Assembly (NCBI GenBank): GCA_963788655.1 | Contig: CAWBHS010000076.1 | Span: 96,001 to 160,000 of the forward strand | Reading direction: 5' to 3' | DNA: 64,000 bases | Source: an uncultured Verrucomicrobiae bacterium | GTDB taxonomy: Bacteria > Verrucomicrobiota > Verrucomicrobiia > Limisphaerales > JAFGQR01 | Shown: in pieces, positions 11,354-23,437 of the stretch | Layout of the letters: every line of letters starts with the position of its first letter | Position numbering within the stretch: the first letter of the stretch is position 1 | Made by a program: the position numbers and the translations under genes | The notes under the pieces: model-generated | Database searches by the model: none | Seen by the model: only the letters and a program-made list of their open reading frames with translations | What the model was told of the DNA's origin: nothing

Positions 11354-13507
11354 ATGCAGTCATTTAAACCAGCTCATTTAATCAATCGCGAATTGAGCTG
11401 GCTGGAATTCAACCAGCGGGTGTTGGACGAAGTGTTGAATCCAGCCACCCCGTTGCTTGAACGGGTCAAGTTCTTTTGCATCGTCAGTTCGAACCTCGAT
11501 GAGTTTTTTGAGGTGCGCGTGGCGGGCATCAAACAACAGATCGAGAGCGAGGTGACCGAGCGCAGCGTCGATGGCCTGACGCCGACCCAAACGTTTCAAG
11601 CGATTGTCCAACGAGTGCATCGCATGGTGGACGACCAATATCGATGCTGGCGGGAGAACCTCTGCCCCGCCCTTGCCGTCGAAGGGATCCGCTTCCTGGA
11701 CTTTAGTGATTTGAGCGCCGAAGACCGCGCCTGGCTCGACGAATACTATCACGCCGAGGTCCGGCCGGTGCTAACGCCATTGTCCATCGATCCTGCGCAC
11801 CCGTTCCCACAGCTCCTGAACAAATCCTTGAATCTGATCGTGCAACTGGAGGTGGCTTTCTCCGGCCAGCCCATGCGGCACATGGCCGTGGTGCAGGTGC
11901 CGCGCATCCTCCAGCGACTGGTACCGTTGCCCCGCCACCAAGGCCCGCGGGACTACATCTTCCTGCGCAAGGTCATTGGACATTATCTGGCGGACCTGTT
12001 TCCCGGCACCAAGATTCTCGGCTATTGGCAGTTCCGGATCACCCGCAACAGTGAGCTGTACATCGAAGAAGAGGAACTGGCCAACCTGCTCAAAGCGGTG
12101 GAAAATGAACTCCACAACCGGCGGCGCGGCGACGCGGTCCGGTTGGAAATCGAGCCGGATTGCCCGACCGAAATCCGCCACGCCCTGATGAGCACCTTCC
12201 GGTTGACCATGGACGATGTGTACCTGGTCGATGGCCCGCTGAATCCGGTCCGGCTGATGACCTTGTGCGAAGGGGACCATTCGCCCGAACTGCGCGATCC
12301 GCCCTTCATCGCCCTGGTCAGCACTCAACTGCGCGGACGCTCGAACTTGTTCGCCGCCATTCGGGAGCGGGACTTTTTGTTGCACCACCCGTACGAGAGT
12401 TTCCACACCGTCGTTGAGCTGTTGGAACAGGCGGCCGCCGATCCCCAGGTGTTGGCCATCAAACAAACCCTTTACCGCACCGGCGGCGACACGCGCCTGG
12501 TGGACGCGCTCATGAACGCCGTCAAGAACGGCAAACAAGTAACGGTGGTGGTCGAATTGCGCGCGCGCTTCGATGAAGCCAACAACATCCAATGGGCCCG
12601 CGCGTTGGAAGAAGCCGGCGTCCACGTCGTCTATGGGTTGGTCAGTTACAAAATTCACTGCAAAATCTGTCTCATCGTGCGGCGGGATGAAGACGGCATT
12701 CGCCGCTACGTCCATCTCGGCACCGGCAATTACAATCCCCACACCGCCAAATTATACACCGACCTGGGCTTGCTCACCTGCCGGCCAGACTTTGGGGAAG
12801 ACGCCACCAATCTGTTCAACCTGCTCACCGGCATCTGCCAGTTCCGGGGCCTGCGCAAGTTCCTGACGGCCCCCTTCGACCTGCACGACCGGATGCTGGC
12901 TTTGATCGAGCGCGAAACGCAGAATGCCCGCAACGGTCTGCCGGCCCGAATCATCGCCAAGATGAATTCCCTGGTGGACGAAAAAATTATCCAGGCGCTC
13001 TACGAAGCTTCGCAAGCCGGCGTCAAAATCGACTTGATCGTGCGAGGGATATGTTGCCTGCGCCCCGGAATTCCCGGTGTCAGCGAAACCATTACGGTTC
13101 GCAGTATTTTGGACCGTTTTCTCGAACACAGCCGTATTTTCTACTTTGACAATGCCTGCCAGCCCGAGGTTTTCGTTGGCAGCGCGGACTGGATGCCCCG
13201 CAACTTTTTCCGCCGGGTGGAAGTCGTCTTTCCGATTGAAGATGGCAATCTGCGGGAGCGGTTGGCCAACGAGATTTTGACAGTATCATTGGGCGACAAC
13301 GTGAAGGCCCGTTTCCTGCAAGCCGATGGCACCTACCAAACGCCGCCGTTGCCCAAAGGTGCCCAGCGGCGCCGCAGTCAATGGGAATTCATGGAGCTGG
13401 CCCAACGTTCCGAACTGAACCAACCGTCCAGCGCGAAAGGCCGGCCGCGCTACCCCAAAGTCAAACTGGCTCCGCGGCCTGGAGCGACGAAGCAGAAGCC
13501 AGCGTAG
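11354..13507 (+). CDS. ppk1: Polyphosphate kinase 1
   Basis: NRELSWLEFNQRVL, LHHPYESF, KQTLYR, HLGTGNYN, RFLEHSR. Confidence 0.97.
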   Translation: MQSFKPAHLINRELSWLEFNQRVLDEVLNPATPLLERVKFFCIVSSNLDEFFEVRVAGIKQQIESEVTERSVDGLTPTQTFQAIVQRVHRMVDDQYRCWRENLCPALAVEGIRFLDFSDLSAEDRAWLDEYYHAEVRPVLTPLSIDPAHPFPQLLNKSLNLIVQLEVAFSGQPMRHMAVVQVPRILQRLVPLPRHQGPRDYIFLRKVIGHYLADLFPGTKILGYWQFRITRNSELYIEEEELANLLKAVENELHNRRRGDAVRLEIEPDCPTEIRHALMSTFRLTMDDVYLVDGPLNPVRLMTLCEGDHSPELRDPPFIALVSTQLRGRSNLFAAIRERDFLLHHPYESFHTVVELLEQAAADPQVLAIKQTLYRTGGDTRLVDALMNAVKNGKQVTVVVELRARFDEANNIQWARALEEAGVHVVYGLVSYKIHCKICLIVRRDEDGIRRYVHLGTGNYNPHTAKLYTDLGLLTCRPDFGEDATNLFNLLTGICQFRGLRKFLTAPFDLHDRMLALIERETQNARNGLPARIIAKMNSLVDEKIIQALYEASQAGVKIDLIVRGICCLRPGIPGVSETITVRSILDRFLEHSRIFYFDNACQPEVFVGSADWMPRNFFRRVEVVFPIEDGNLRERLANEILTVSLGDNVKARFLQADGTYQTPPLPKGAQRRRSQWEFMELAQRSELNQPSSAKGRPRYPKVKLAPRPGATKQKPA

Positions 13508-13611
13508 AGAGCGCTAGGTTCCCGGTCAGCGTGGCGCGCGAGCCTCCGCATGTCGGCTCCTGCGGCGCTCCCAAGGAGGGACGAGAAAAGCCATTATCGT
13601 GGAAGGGTTAT

Positions 13612-15006
13612 TCACTGGGATTGCGCAGATTGGAGCGCCGGGTCGTCAAGGTCGAGACGATAGAGGATCTGGTTGTAATCGTAGCGAGGGGTGGGCGGCG
13701 GATGATTGGCGAACTGCATCGTGTAGGTGCCTTCGAAGAGAAGAATGGGGGAATCGGCCGGAGTGAACTCAGGGTGCAGACGGGGATTGTAGAACGTATA
13801 GTTCTCGTGGCTCAACACTTTGACCGCGGTCCCCCAAGGACCCATCGGGGCGTCGGCTTCGGCATACCACAATTCGCCGAAGGCCGAGGGTTTGCCGAAG
13901 GCTTCCATGAACACCGTCACCCAACGCCGCCGCCACGGATTCCAGGCAATCGAGCCGGTGTGCGGTTTGACGGCTCGGCCACCGTTGGCCGCTGCGAAAG
14001 TGGTCTGCGGTTTCAGCACTTCCCATGTACTGGAATCCTGCCACGCCTCGAAGGTGGCCGGGCAACGTAACTTGGGCAGCGGATTGCCGAAGCACACCCA
14101 ATCCTTGCCGCCAGCATCCTTCCAAAACGCTGGATGACCTTCGGGGAAGGGCGGCGGCTTCGGCGCCTGACTGGACTTGGTCCACACGGTTCGGAGCTTG
14201 TCGAATCGTTCGGTCTGATCATTCCAGACGCACAAGCTCCATTCGTAGGCCTCGAGGGGTGGTTTAATCTTCGAATACGACGCAACCAAATGCGGAACAC
14301 CATTTTTGTCGGGCAAGGTCACATAGCCGGTGAGCCAGGTCGGACCGTTGCCCGGCATTTTGGCCACGCCTCGCGGCCGTCCTTGTTCATCGCGAAAATA
14401 GTTAAACGGCAATTGCAGCGGCGGTTCGAATGAGGTCAACGGACGCACTGGTGTGGTGGCGCTGGTGCTGTCAAAGATGCCCAAGGGATACCGGGCCAGC
14501 GTGGTGTCGCCCCACAACCAAAACATTTTTCCCTGATACACCGCGTTTTGCACGCTGTCGCAGCCGAGCACCCCGGATTCCTGCCAATCCAGTTGCTCGC
14601 CCAGTTGCTGGCTTTCCGCGAACAAACCGGCGCCGGTGATCCGCCCGAGGCGCTTGGCGATGATGGTGCGTTTCACTTCCACTTTCAAGGTCTTGCCCGG
14701 CTCGGGCGTCAATCGCACGCCCCGATAGCCAAAACCGTCTTTGGGCCGTTCGTAGCCATGGCCGATGACATCGAACCAGGTTTCGCGCCCCATCAGCTCG
14801 GGCAGGTCAAAAGCAATGATCCCCGCGTTGTCCGTGACCAACCGCACTTGGTGCGTGGTACGCAATTCAACGAGCGGCACCGGCCACCCACTGCCCTGCT
14901 CGACGACTTGGATGCGACAGGGTTCGCTGGCACGCGCCAATTCCGAGGCCATGCAGAAAGCCAAAAGGCAAGTAATGATGAGCCGCACGGGCGGGAAGCA
15001 CCGCAT
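13612..15006 (-). CDS. Secreted hypothetical protein, possibly DUF4185-like beta-propeller
   Basis: Signal-peptide-like MRCFPPVRLIITCLLAFCMASELARA; FWLWGDT and FYNPRLHPEF motifs. Confidence 0.7.
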   Translation of the reverse strand: MRCFPPVRLIITCLLAFCMASELARASEPCRIQVVEQGSGWPVPLVELRTTHQVRLVTDNAGIIAFDLPELMGRETWFDVIGHGYERPKDGFGYRGVRLTPEPGKTLKVEVKRTIIAKRLGRITGAGLFAESQQLGEQLDWQESGVLGCDSVQNAVYQGKMFWLWGDTTLARYPLGIFDSTSATTPVRPLTSFEPPLQLPFNYFRDEQGRPRGVAKMPGNGPTWLTGYVTLPDKNGVPHLVASYSKIKPPLEAYEWSLCVWNDQTERFDKLRTVWTKSSQAPKPPPFPEGHPAFWKDAGGKDWVCFGNPLPKLRCPATFEAWQDSSTWEVLKPQTTFAAANGGRAVKPHTGSIAWNPWRRRWVTVFMEAFGKPSAFGELWYAEADAPMGPWGTAVKVLSHENYTFYNPRLHPEFTPADSPILLFEGTYTMQFANHPPPTPRYDYNQILYRLDLDDPALQSAQSQ

Positions 15007-15147
15007 GGCGAACGGAAGCGGAATTGAATGACGACTGGGAGCGGAACGAGTCCAAGCGACTCGCTGAACAAAAGGAAGTCTCTTTTGTGTTGCGTCTGTC
15101 AAAACGGCTTTGGCCGACAGGATGGGGGAATCAGAATTCAGTTTGTT

Positions 15148-15264
15148 GGTTTTCAGCGTCCCATAAGGTGGTGAAGTGACAACCAAGTGAAAACTCTCGT
15201 TCGCAATAAATGGGAGGTCGCGGGCGTCGCCGCAGATCAAGCGATGTTCGGTCTGAACATCCAC
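15148..15264 (-). pseudogene. N-terminal fragment of an N4/N6 (beta-class) DNA methyltransferase
   Basis: HRLICGDARDLPFIANESFHLVVTSPPY includes catalytic motif IV (SPPY); the rest of the enzyme is absent. Confidence 0.75.
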
Positions 15265-15538
15265 GCTCTCATTCGTCACGATCAGCGGGTCGCTAGATCT
15301 TTCATTTGCCTCAGGAATCACAACGAACGAGAGCATTGCAGGATGACCAGAAGCACCGCAAGTTGATTCCACGGGTCACGGGTGAAGCAGTCCGGCAAGC
15401 AGAATTGCAGCAATATGGCGAAGCGCAGCCGTCTTTGGCGGCGACCGGTCAGCGATGCAATACGAGAACGGTATTGCAGAGGTCGCTGTCTGCCGACTTT
15501 CCGTTGGCTATAAGCTGAAGCAGGCGTAAAACAATGGC

Positions 15539-16960
15539 GTGGCAATCAATCCGTGCCAATCGGATGTTCCGCCGGACAGAAGACGTCGGCGATGGATTCT
15601 CGGCATCGTTCTGGGGATGCTGTCCGTTGGACTTGTGGTCGCGGTGATGGTCATCAAGGTGCAGCAAGCAAACAGTCGCGTTCGAGCACGCCTCGAGCAG
15701 AAGCTGGCCGCCCTTAAAGCCTCGGGAATGCCTACCACCGCCGCCGACTTGGCCCAGCGCTTTCCGGATCCTTCGGACGCCGAGGATGCGGCCCTGTTGT
15801 TGCAGGATGCCTTGTCACTGTTGGTGGCGCCCACTAACGGCCACATCCCGTTCCTTTCCGGCGAGCTGCCGCGGGGGACGAACCGCATGAACGCCGAGAT
15901 GACCAAGGCGCTGGCCCAATTGGCGCAAGACAATCAAGACGCCTTGAAGGCGCTGCCCAACGAGTGGCCGGCCAATGCTCGATTTGCCGCGGGTTTCGCC
16001 AATGGGTTCCCCCTAAACCAGTCGATGAACCTTGTCCAACTCCGCCGATTGGAGCAGACCCTGGCCGCCATTGCGGTGTATCAGGCGGAACAAGGCGACG
16101 CCACCGAAGCCACCCACAACCTCGCCCAATGCCTGCGGGTCAGCCTTACGGTGAAGCCCTATTCGCTGTTGAATTACATGGTACAACGCGCTTGCCAGAG
16201 TCTATCGTCAACGCGCTGGAACGGTGTCTTAATCAAACCGACTTTGCTGATCCGGACTTGCACACTCCTGAACCAGCCGCTCGCCGCCGCCATCACCAAC
16301 GAGATCGGAACCGTGATGATCGCCGAGCTCTGCCAGAGCATATGGGGTTTCGAGCTCGGACGCAACTCACCAATGAGTTCGCACTTTGGGGCTCCCGGCC
16401 AATCCACTCCACTGGCGGTTTTGCGCGAGGTGTTAGGACTGGATCCGCCGATCTATTCCGATGCGGGTTACCTGCAATATCTGGAATGGATGGAGATGTG
16501 TCTGGCCTCCGCGGGTGCGCCATACCGCACCCAGATAAACAAGTGCAATCCCTGGAGCAGAGACGCTCTCGCCGTCGCCTATGTCTGCTGGCGCAATCCG
16601 TAATGCCGTAATCTGGAGCGAGCGATGAAGCATGACGCGGAAATCATTTCGCGCCTCCAAACTGCACGCACCGCCCTGGCCATTGAACGCTACCGATTGG
16701 CGCACGGTGGCAGATTACCGGATTCACTTGAGTAGTTGGTTCCCGAGTTCCTTCCCGACTTGCCGATGGACGCCTACGGTGACCAACCGCTGCGCTATCG
16801 CCAACTCGGGCAAGGTTATATCGTTTACAGCCTTGGCTTGGATGGTGTGGACAATGGTGGAAAGGAGAAGCCCGCAAAACCTGGCGAAACCGAGCAATAC
16901 GATCTGACGTTCACCGTCGAACGTCCAACCACCACCACCAATGCCGGAGGATTGAAGTAA
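15539..16960 (+). pseudogene. Membrane-anchored hypothetical protein with GspG-like C-terminal motif; frameshifts and an in-frame TAG (16733-16735)
   Basis: N-terminal TM; C-terminal ALAIERYRLAHGGRLPDSLE*LVPEFLPDLPMDAY...YSLGLDGVDNGG across frames. Confidence 0.65.
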
Positions 16961-17063
16961 TGGCGCGCCCGAGCCGGTCAAACCGCAAAAGCTTGGCGCC
17001 CATTGGGAAATTGCTGGGAAATTGAGGCGTTGACTTTCGGGCCCACTGCTTAAATTTTGTCCT

Positions 17064-17309
17064 ATGCCGCTTTATGAGTATGAGCGTTGTGAAGGGGAGT
17101 GCAAAATCTGCGGCGGCAATTTTACGCTCCGCCGGCCGATCAGCGCCCCCGAATTGACAAAATGCCCGCTGTGCAAGGCGCCGGTCCGCAAAGTCATTAC
17201 GGGATTCAGCACTCCCAAGATCCTGAAACCGGTTTCCATTTCGGACGCCAAGAAGGCCGGGTTCACCGTGTTAAAGCGGGTCAGCAAAGGCGAATACGAG
17301 CGCCAGTAA
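17064..17309 (+). CDS. FmdB-family zinc-ribbon protein
   Basis: MPLYEY..CKIC...CPLC pattern. Confidence 0.85.
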   Translation: MPLYEYERCEGECKICGGNFTLRRPISAPELTKCPLCKAPVRKVITGFSTPKILKPVSISDAKKAGFTVLKRVSKGEYERQ

Positions 17310-17351
17310 GCCGGCTGGCGCGGACGTTCGGCAGGCGCCCAAACCTCGCGA

Positions 17352-17480
17352 AACGTCTGGAGTGCGCCCGGCTTGCCGGCGCGTTCGCCGACCGGGTGGG
17401 GACAAGCCAGGTGGACGCGGCGGTTGACCTCGGAGAGCGCTCTCCCTTCGATGGCGGCGGAGGACCGCACGCACTCCACG
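17352..17480. repeat. Degenerate family-A REP doublet
   Basis: GGAGTGCG-hairpin arm at 17359 and inverted CGCACTCC at 17470-17477. Confidence 0.55.
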
Positions 17481-17658
17481 ACCTGGCGGAGGTTCGAAAA
17501 ATCCCAGTCGGTCGCGTTAGACGCCCTGCTTGCCCGCAAAACTTTTTGCTGCTGAGCCGTGACATTTTTCAGATTTTCGGCCCTGAGGTACTTGGCAGGC
17601 GTGGCGCGACCAGCGACTATGGGAGCAACCGTTGCGGCCGCCAGCACAGGCAACGTGT

Positions 17659-20600
17659 ATGAAGAACGATCATCAGGACCGCCAACCGAAGCAGCCCGCC
17701 GGAGCGGGAGACACGGTTCCGATCAAAACTCCGTGGGAGAGCGTTTCGGAACTGGCCGGGCTTTTGGACCAATACCTGGCAGACTTGCAGGCCGGAATAC
17801 GACCCGACCGCGCCCGTCAGGTCGCCGACCATCCCGAGTTGGCGCCGCATTTGGAAGAGGCGCTGACGGGAATCGAGTTCATTCATGGCGCCGAACCGAC
17901 ACCCGGCCAACCGCCGGCGCAACTGGGGGATTTCCGCATCGTTCGTGAAGTCGGCCGGGGCGGGATGGGCGTCGTGTACGAAGCGGAGCAGATTTCCCTC
18001 AAACGTCGCGTTGCGCTCAAAGTGTTGCGACTGGGCGCGGTCGCTGACGAGGTGGCGATGCAACGCTTTCAGCGTGAGGCGGAGACCATTGCCCAATTGC
18101 ACCACACGAACATCGTTCCGATTTTCGCGGTCGGCTGCGAAGCGGGCGTGCGCTACTACGCGATGCAGTTCATCGAAGGCCGCGACCTGGCCGCCATAGT
18201 GCAAGCAGCCCAGGCCAGCCAGGAGGCACTTGAACCTGTAGCCGTCGCGCGCTGGGCATTGCAAGCCGCCGAGGCCTTGAGCCACGCCCACGCCCGCGGA
18301 GTGATTCACCGCGACATCAAACCGTCCAATCTGATCCTCGATGCCGACGGACGCATCTGGCTCACCGATTTCGGTCTGGCGCGGCGGACGGAAGATGTCG
18401 CCCTCAGTTTGACGGGCGCGCTGTTGGGGACGCCGCGTTACATGAGTCCGGAGCAGGCCAATGCCGCCAATCGCCCGATCGATCACCGGACGGATCTTTA
18501 TAGTCTGGGCGCCACGTTGTACGAACTGGCCACCCGCCGTCCGATCTTCGATGCCGCTACTTCGCACGAGCTGATTCGATTGATTCTGCAAGAAGAGCCG
18601 GTGGCCCCGCGGCGCTTGGTGCCCAACGTGCCGCGCGATCTGGAAACCATCATCCTCAAGTGCGTGGCCAAGGAACCGGCGCAGCGTTACGCGTCGGCCC
18701 AGGCGTTGGCGGATGACTTGCGGGCGTTCCTCGAAGGCCGGGCCATCAATGCCCGGCGGCCGAGTCTGCCGGAACAGGCCGTGCGTTGGGCGCGGAAGCA
18801 CCGACGCAGTAGCACGGTGGCGGCGGTGTCCGCGGCGGCGTCCGTGGCGGTTTTGGCGGCGGGTATCCTGGGGTGGAAACTCTATCGGCAAACCCAGCTC
18901 GGTGAACTCAAGTTGGTCACTGGCGAAGCACTGCTCCAGGCGGAAGTGCTCGAACCCAACCAGAACGCCGGCGTTCTGCCGGTCTTCTCGCTGCCGACCA
19001 AACAGCCGGTGGCCTTGCCCGGTGGCGCCTACCGGGTGCGGTTGTCCGGCGAAGGCCGGTTGAGCGAGACGCTGCAAGTCCAGGTCGATCGTGGCGCGCA
19101 GCAGCAATTCGACGTGGCACTTGCCCAAACGGGAGTTGTTCGAGCCGTTTTCCATTGCCACGCGCGATACCGTCGAGGTGGTGGACTTCGCCGACGGGGC
19201 GGATTTTGTCAGCGCCCGCTTGTGGGAGATGCGGCGCATCGACGGTGCCACCGGAAAGGAGTTGTGGCGCGTCGGGTTGAAGCCGGAAGACAATCGCCAG
19301 TGGTGGCAGAGCGAAGCCCAACGCCAAGGCTGGTTGCAATTCTTTAACCGGCACAAGCGAGGACCCAAACTCGCTCGGCCCCTTCCAGATTTGAACGGCG
19401 ACGGGGTCGGGGATCTGGTCTGGGCCAGCGAAGCTAATCCGACGCTGCTCGCGGTTTCCGGCCAGACCGGCGACGTCTTGTGGTGGCACATTGGACAATG
19501 GCCGGCGGAAGCAACAAACCTGCCTCCCGATCAGATTTTCCAGCCGGGGCCTTTCAGAGAAGCTTGCGCTCCGGCGGTCGCGGACATGGACGACGACGGG
19601 ACGCCGGATGTGATTGCGATGTTTGCGAATCGCGGCTGGTATTGGGTGGAAGCCGTGTCGGGCAAGACCGGTTCCAATGTGTGGCAACGCACCCTGAACA
19701 GCCGGTGGTTCCAGGCGCCGCAATGGACCAGCCAGGTGAGCGCGTTTGCGCCGCAACTCGCCATGGTCAACGGAGAACCAGTCTTGGTGGTGGTGGCCAG
19801 CTTGCGGTTGCTGGTGTTGTCGCTCCGAACCGGGGAATCCCTATGGGAAACCGAGTTGCCCCACGTGACGCTGCAAACTCCGCGAATTGCTGATCTCGAT
19901 GGTGACGGACAAGATGACGTGCTGCTCCTGGCCGAACTGGGCCAGCGCCGGACCTTGCTGGCGGCCTTTTCCCTGGCTGCCCGCCGGCAACTGTGGCAAC
20001 AACTGCTCACCGCCCCGTTCGAGCCGACTACCGAAGAACCGGAACAGCTTGATTGGCCGGTGGTGGCCGACTTGGATCATGACGGCAACCCCGAAATCCT
20101 GGTGCCGGCTTTATACGCCAGCCACCCATTGGTGGAATCACACCCGCCCACGCCCTGGGCCGGTCTGGACGTGTTGAATGGGCAGGACGGCTCGCGGCGT
20201 TTTCGGCGGGTGCTCGAACGTTCCACCCGATTGCTGGCGCCGGTCAACCGCTTCATCGTCGGACCGGACCTCGATGGCGATGGCGTCGATGAAATCCTGG
20301 CGGCCTCGACGGTCACGGAGTCCTGGCGCCACCACCAGACCTGGCTGTACGTGGACGCGGTTTCGGGGCGCGACGGCCACTCGGTGTGGTGGTGGCGGAC
20401 ACCGTTGAAAATGTGGAACGACCGGCCAGGACAATTGGCGCTGTGGACCGAAGGCCCGGACGGTTTTCCCCTGGTCGTGGTTTCCGCGATAAGCTGGCCC
20501 AAGAAGGCCGAAGGAATCTATGTGTTGGCGGGCGGCACGGGCCGCTTGCGGAACCAAGTGGCCGGCAGTTTCGCGCCGCTCATCGCCGATGGCGACGGCG

Positions 20601-22773
20601 ATGGTCTGCCGGACTTGGGCTATTGCGTGCCCGAGCAATCCGACATCCGGTTCGGGCGCGCCGGCAAGTCCTGCTGCGCGGCGCCCCACCGATGGCCTGG
20701 GCCCGGCTGAGTGCTTCCTTCGGCAATCAAACCGCCGTTCCCGATCTCGATGGCGACGGGGTTCAAGAGGTGCTGTTCGGCCATCCCGTCCAGGCGTTTT
20801 CCGGCGCCACCGGCCGACCGCTTTGGCGTTCCTCAAATCAGGCCGGGCATTTCATACCATTGCAATTGCCCGAGGGCGATCTCGATGGCGATGGCGTTCT
20901 CGACGCCCTGACCGTTCAGCGTGGCGTCAGCAGTGACATGTTTTCCTTCGAACCCGTCGCCGCAGTCTCCGGCAAGACAGGGCGCGTGCTGTTGGACGGC
21001 CGTCGTTGAAAACGCAACGCGTCGGTGAACTGCACCTGGCCACGTGCGTCAATCTCGATCACCAGGGGCCCGCGGAAATCGTGCTCAGCCTGGGCATTGG
21101 GCTTGACCGTCCGCCAGCCGAATCAGATTCCAGGCCGCCGCAATCCAATCGGCTTTGGCTGGTGGTGCTGTCGGGGCGGGATGGTTCGGTGAACTGGAAG
21201 CAACCGTTGAGCGAACCGTTCCTCGCGGGCGACAACGACGGGCGCGTTACTCCGGCGATTGCCGATCTGGACGGCGACGGCGTGGACGACATCATGGCGG
21301 GCGCGCTCACCGCCACAAATTCGTGGGACGCGTGCGCTTTCAGCGGCGTCAATGGCCAAGTCTTATGGCGGCAACCGTTGTCCCGTGAGCGGAATGTTCC
21401 TGTCGATCGCCTCCTGCGTCTCCGGCCCGAACCGTTGGTGGGCGACTTGGACGGCGATGGCCTTTCGGAAATTGTCGTTGTGGATCACGCGCCGTTGGAA
21501 CAAGCCGGACCCAATGGGGAGCTGATGGATTGCACGATGCTGGTGCTCGACGGACGTACGGGGCAGCCGAAATGGAAGTGGACGTGGTCAGAGCGTTCCG
21601 ACGACCGCCGCGTCTTGCCCCTGTTGATCAACTTTCGCGGCGGGCACGAACGCGACGTGTGCCTGCTGACTGGACAATTCGACCGGTCGGAAATCGTTTT
21701 GCTGGACGCGCGCGGGCAAGTCGTCGAACGCCTGCGGGTGAACCTCAGGCAATGGCCCGGCCGCCTGTGGCAAGGCGACCTGCTGGGGGACGGACGAGAG
21801 GAACTGTTGTATTTGACGAATGACGGGCAGTTGCAGGCAGTCCGGGGCGGTTTGCGGCAGGTGTTGTGGCGCCAGCCAGCGGACCAGGTGCATGGCATCT
21901 ATTCCTTGGGTGGCGAAGCCGCGACGGTCGTGGTGCAACGAGGGCGAGACATGGTCGGCTTATCCGGTGCCACGAACAGCGCGCTCTGGCGTAGCGAGTT
22001 CGCCAGCTCGCAATCGGGCGCGCCGGTTCTCCTGGCCAGCGCACAGCGAGATGAGTTGCCGCTCGTGGTTGCCGCCGATCCCAGCGGTGTCGTTTGCCGT
22101 CAAGTGCTGCCGACCTTGGCCTCCGGCGAATACCGGCCACCGGCGGGCGGGCGACCGGTGCCGTTGCCTGTTGCGCGCGATCCTCGATTGGTACGGGCAT
22201 TACCGTGGGACTTGCTCGGGGAAACAGGAACGATTCCCGGGCAACGGTTGCGGACTTTTGGCCGGGGCGCGTTGTTGGAGGGCGGTGTCCTGGCCGTGAT
22301 TCTGGCGCTGCCAACGATGCTGGTCTGGTGGATTTGGCGAAAATGGTCGTGGAAGGCAGGAACCGCCGCAACAATTTTGGCGGGCGACACTGACGGGCCT
22401 GTTCCTGCTTTCGATAACGGCCAGTTGGCAGCAGTTGGCGTTGAATGTGACGCTACGTCCGCTACTGGGGCTGCCGCTGCTGCTGTTTCTCGGCGCTGGT
22501 TGGGTCGCGGTGGGAAATCGCAACTGGCGGCAATTGGCGTTATTGCTGGCGGTCGCGGGGGCCTTGACCCTGTTGCTGGCCGTTGTCTGGTTGCTGCTCG
22601 ATTGGAGGAGCAAGCCGCCGGGTGAATACTACGCGGCAGGTGGTTGGTACTTCGCGCTGCTGTTCGGGAGTTACTTCGTCGGCCTGGCACTGGCGGTTGC
22701 CTGGATCGGGCGCAACCTCGGGCGACGCTTTCGCCGGATTGGCCGATCCGCCGCGGCACTCGCTTCCACTTGA
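17659..22773 (+). CDS. Hanks-type Ser/Thr kinase with TM, FG-GAP/PQQ-like propeller repeats and C-terminal TM bundle (about 1700 aa if about 4 frameshifts are joined)
   Basis: GRGGMGVVY, VALK, HRDIKPSN, DFG, GTPRYMSPEQ; about 11 DxDGDGxxD/E motifs in successive ORFs; hydrophobic tail. Confidence 0.85.
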
Positions 22774-22787
22774 GTCAGCGGAATCCG

Positions 22788-23414
22788 ATGGAAGCCGCAA
22801 AACCCAGCCTAAGCCAATTGTTGAACGCCTACCGTCAGGGGCGGACGGAGGCGGGGAATCGTCTGCTCGAACACTTCGAGCCGTGGCTGCGACTGCTGGC
22901 GCGCGTGCAGGTCGAAAGCCGGTTCCGCGCGAAATTTGATCCGTCCGATATTGTGCAGCAAACGATGCTGGAAGCGGTGCGGGCCTTCCCGCAGTTCCGC
23001 GGGAACACTGAGGCCGAATTGGCCGCGTGGCTGCGCCGGATATTAGCGCACGTGCTGGCGCATGAAATCCGCCGTTACCACGGCACGGCCAAGCGCGATC
23101 TGGACCGCGAGGTGCCGCTGGACCAGCAATTGACCCAAACGTCGCAACGGTTCGGTGATATGCTGGCCGGCACCGGCACTTCGCCCAGCCAGGCGCTCGA
23201 CCGGCACGAACAGCAGACCTTGCTGGCCGCCGTCCTCGACCGGTTGCCCGAGGACTATCGGGAAGTCATCATTTTGCGTCACCTCGAGGGCTTGTCCCAT
23301 GAAGAAGTGGCTCAGCGTATGGGCCGCAATCCCGGGGCCGTGCGCATGCTCTGGGTGCGGGCCCTGGCCCGTCTGCGGCAGGAATTGGCGACGCGGGGCC
23401 AGGGGCCAGGGTAG
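22788..23414 (+). CDS. ECF RNA polymerase sigma factor, Planctomycete kinase-associated type
   Basis: KFDPSDIVQQT, FRGNTEAELAAWLRRIL, KRDLDREV, SPS, LPEDYREVIILRHLEGLS. Confidence 0.9.
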   Translation: MEAAKPSLSQLLNAYRQGRTEAGNRLLEHFEPWLRLLARVQVESRFRAKFDPSDIVQQTMLEAVRAFPQFRGNTEAELAAWLRRILAHVLAHEIRRYHGTAKRDLDREVPLDQQLTQTSQRFGDMLAGTGTSPSQALDRHEQQTLLAAVLDRLPEDYREVIILRHLEGLSHEEVAQRMGRNPGAVRMLWVRALARLRQELATRGQGPG

Positions 23415-23437
23415 TGCGGGAACACGCGCTAACAAGC

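Noticed and set aside
9607..13507. ppx / sixA / ppk1 clustering as a novel system
   Set aside because: Common polyphosphate gene neighbourhood.
16733..16735. In-frame TAG as possible pyrrolysine or recoding site (also the TAG near 37089)
   Set aside because: Both genes also have frameshifts, and TAG is used as a normal stop here (flagellin 1, ppk1).
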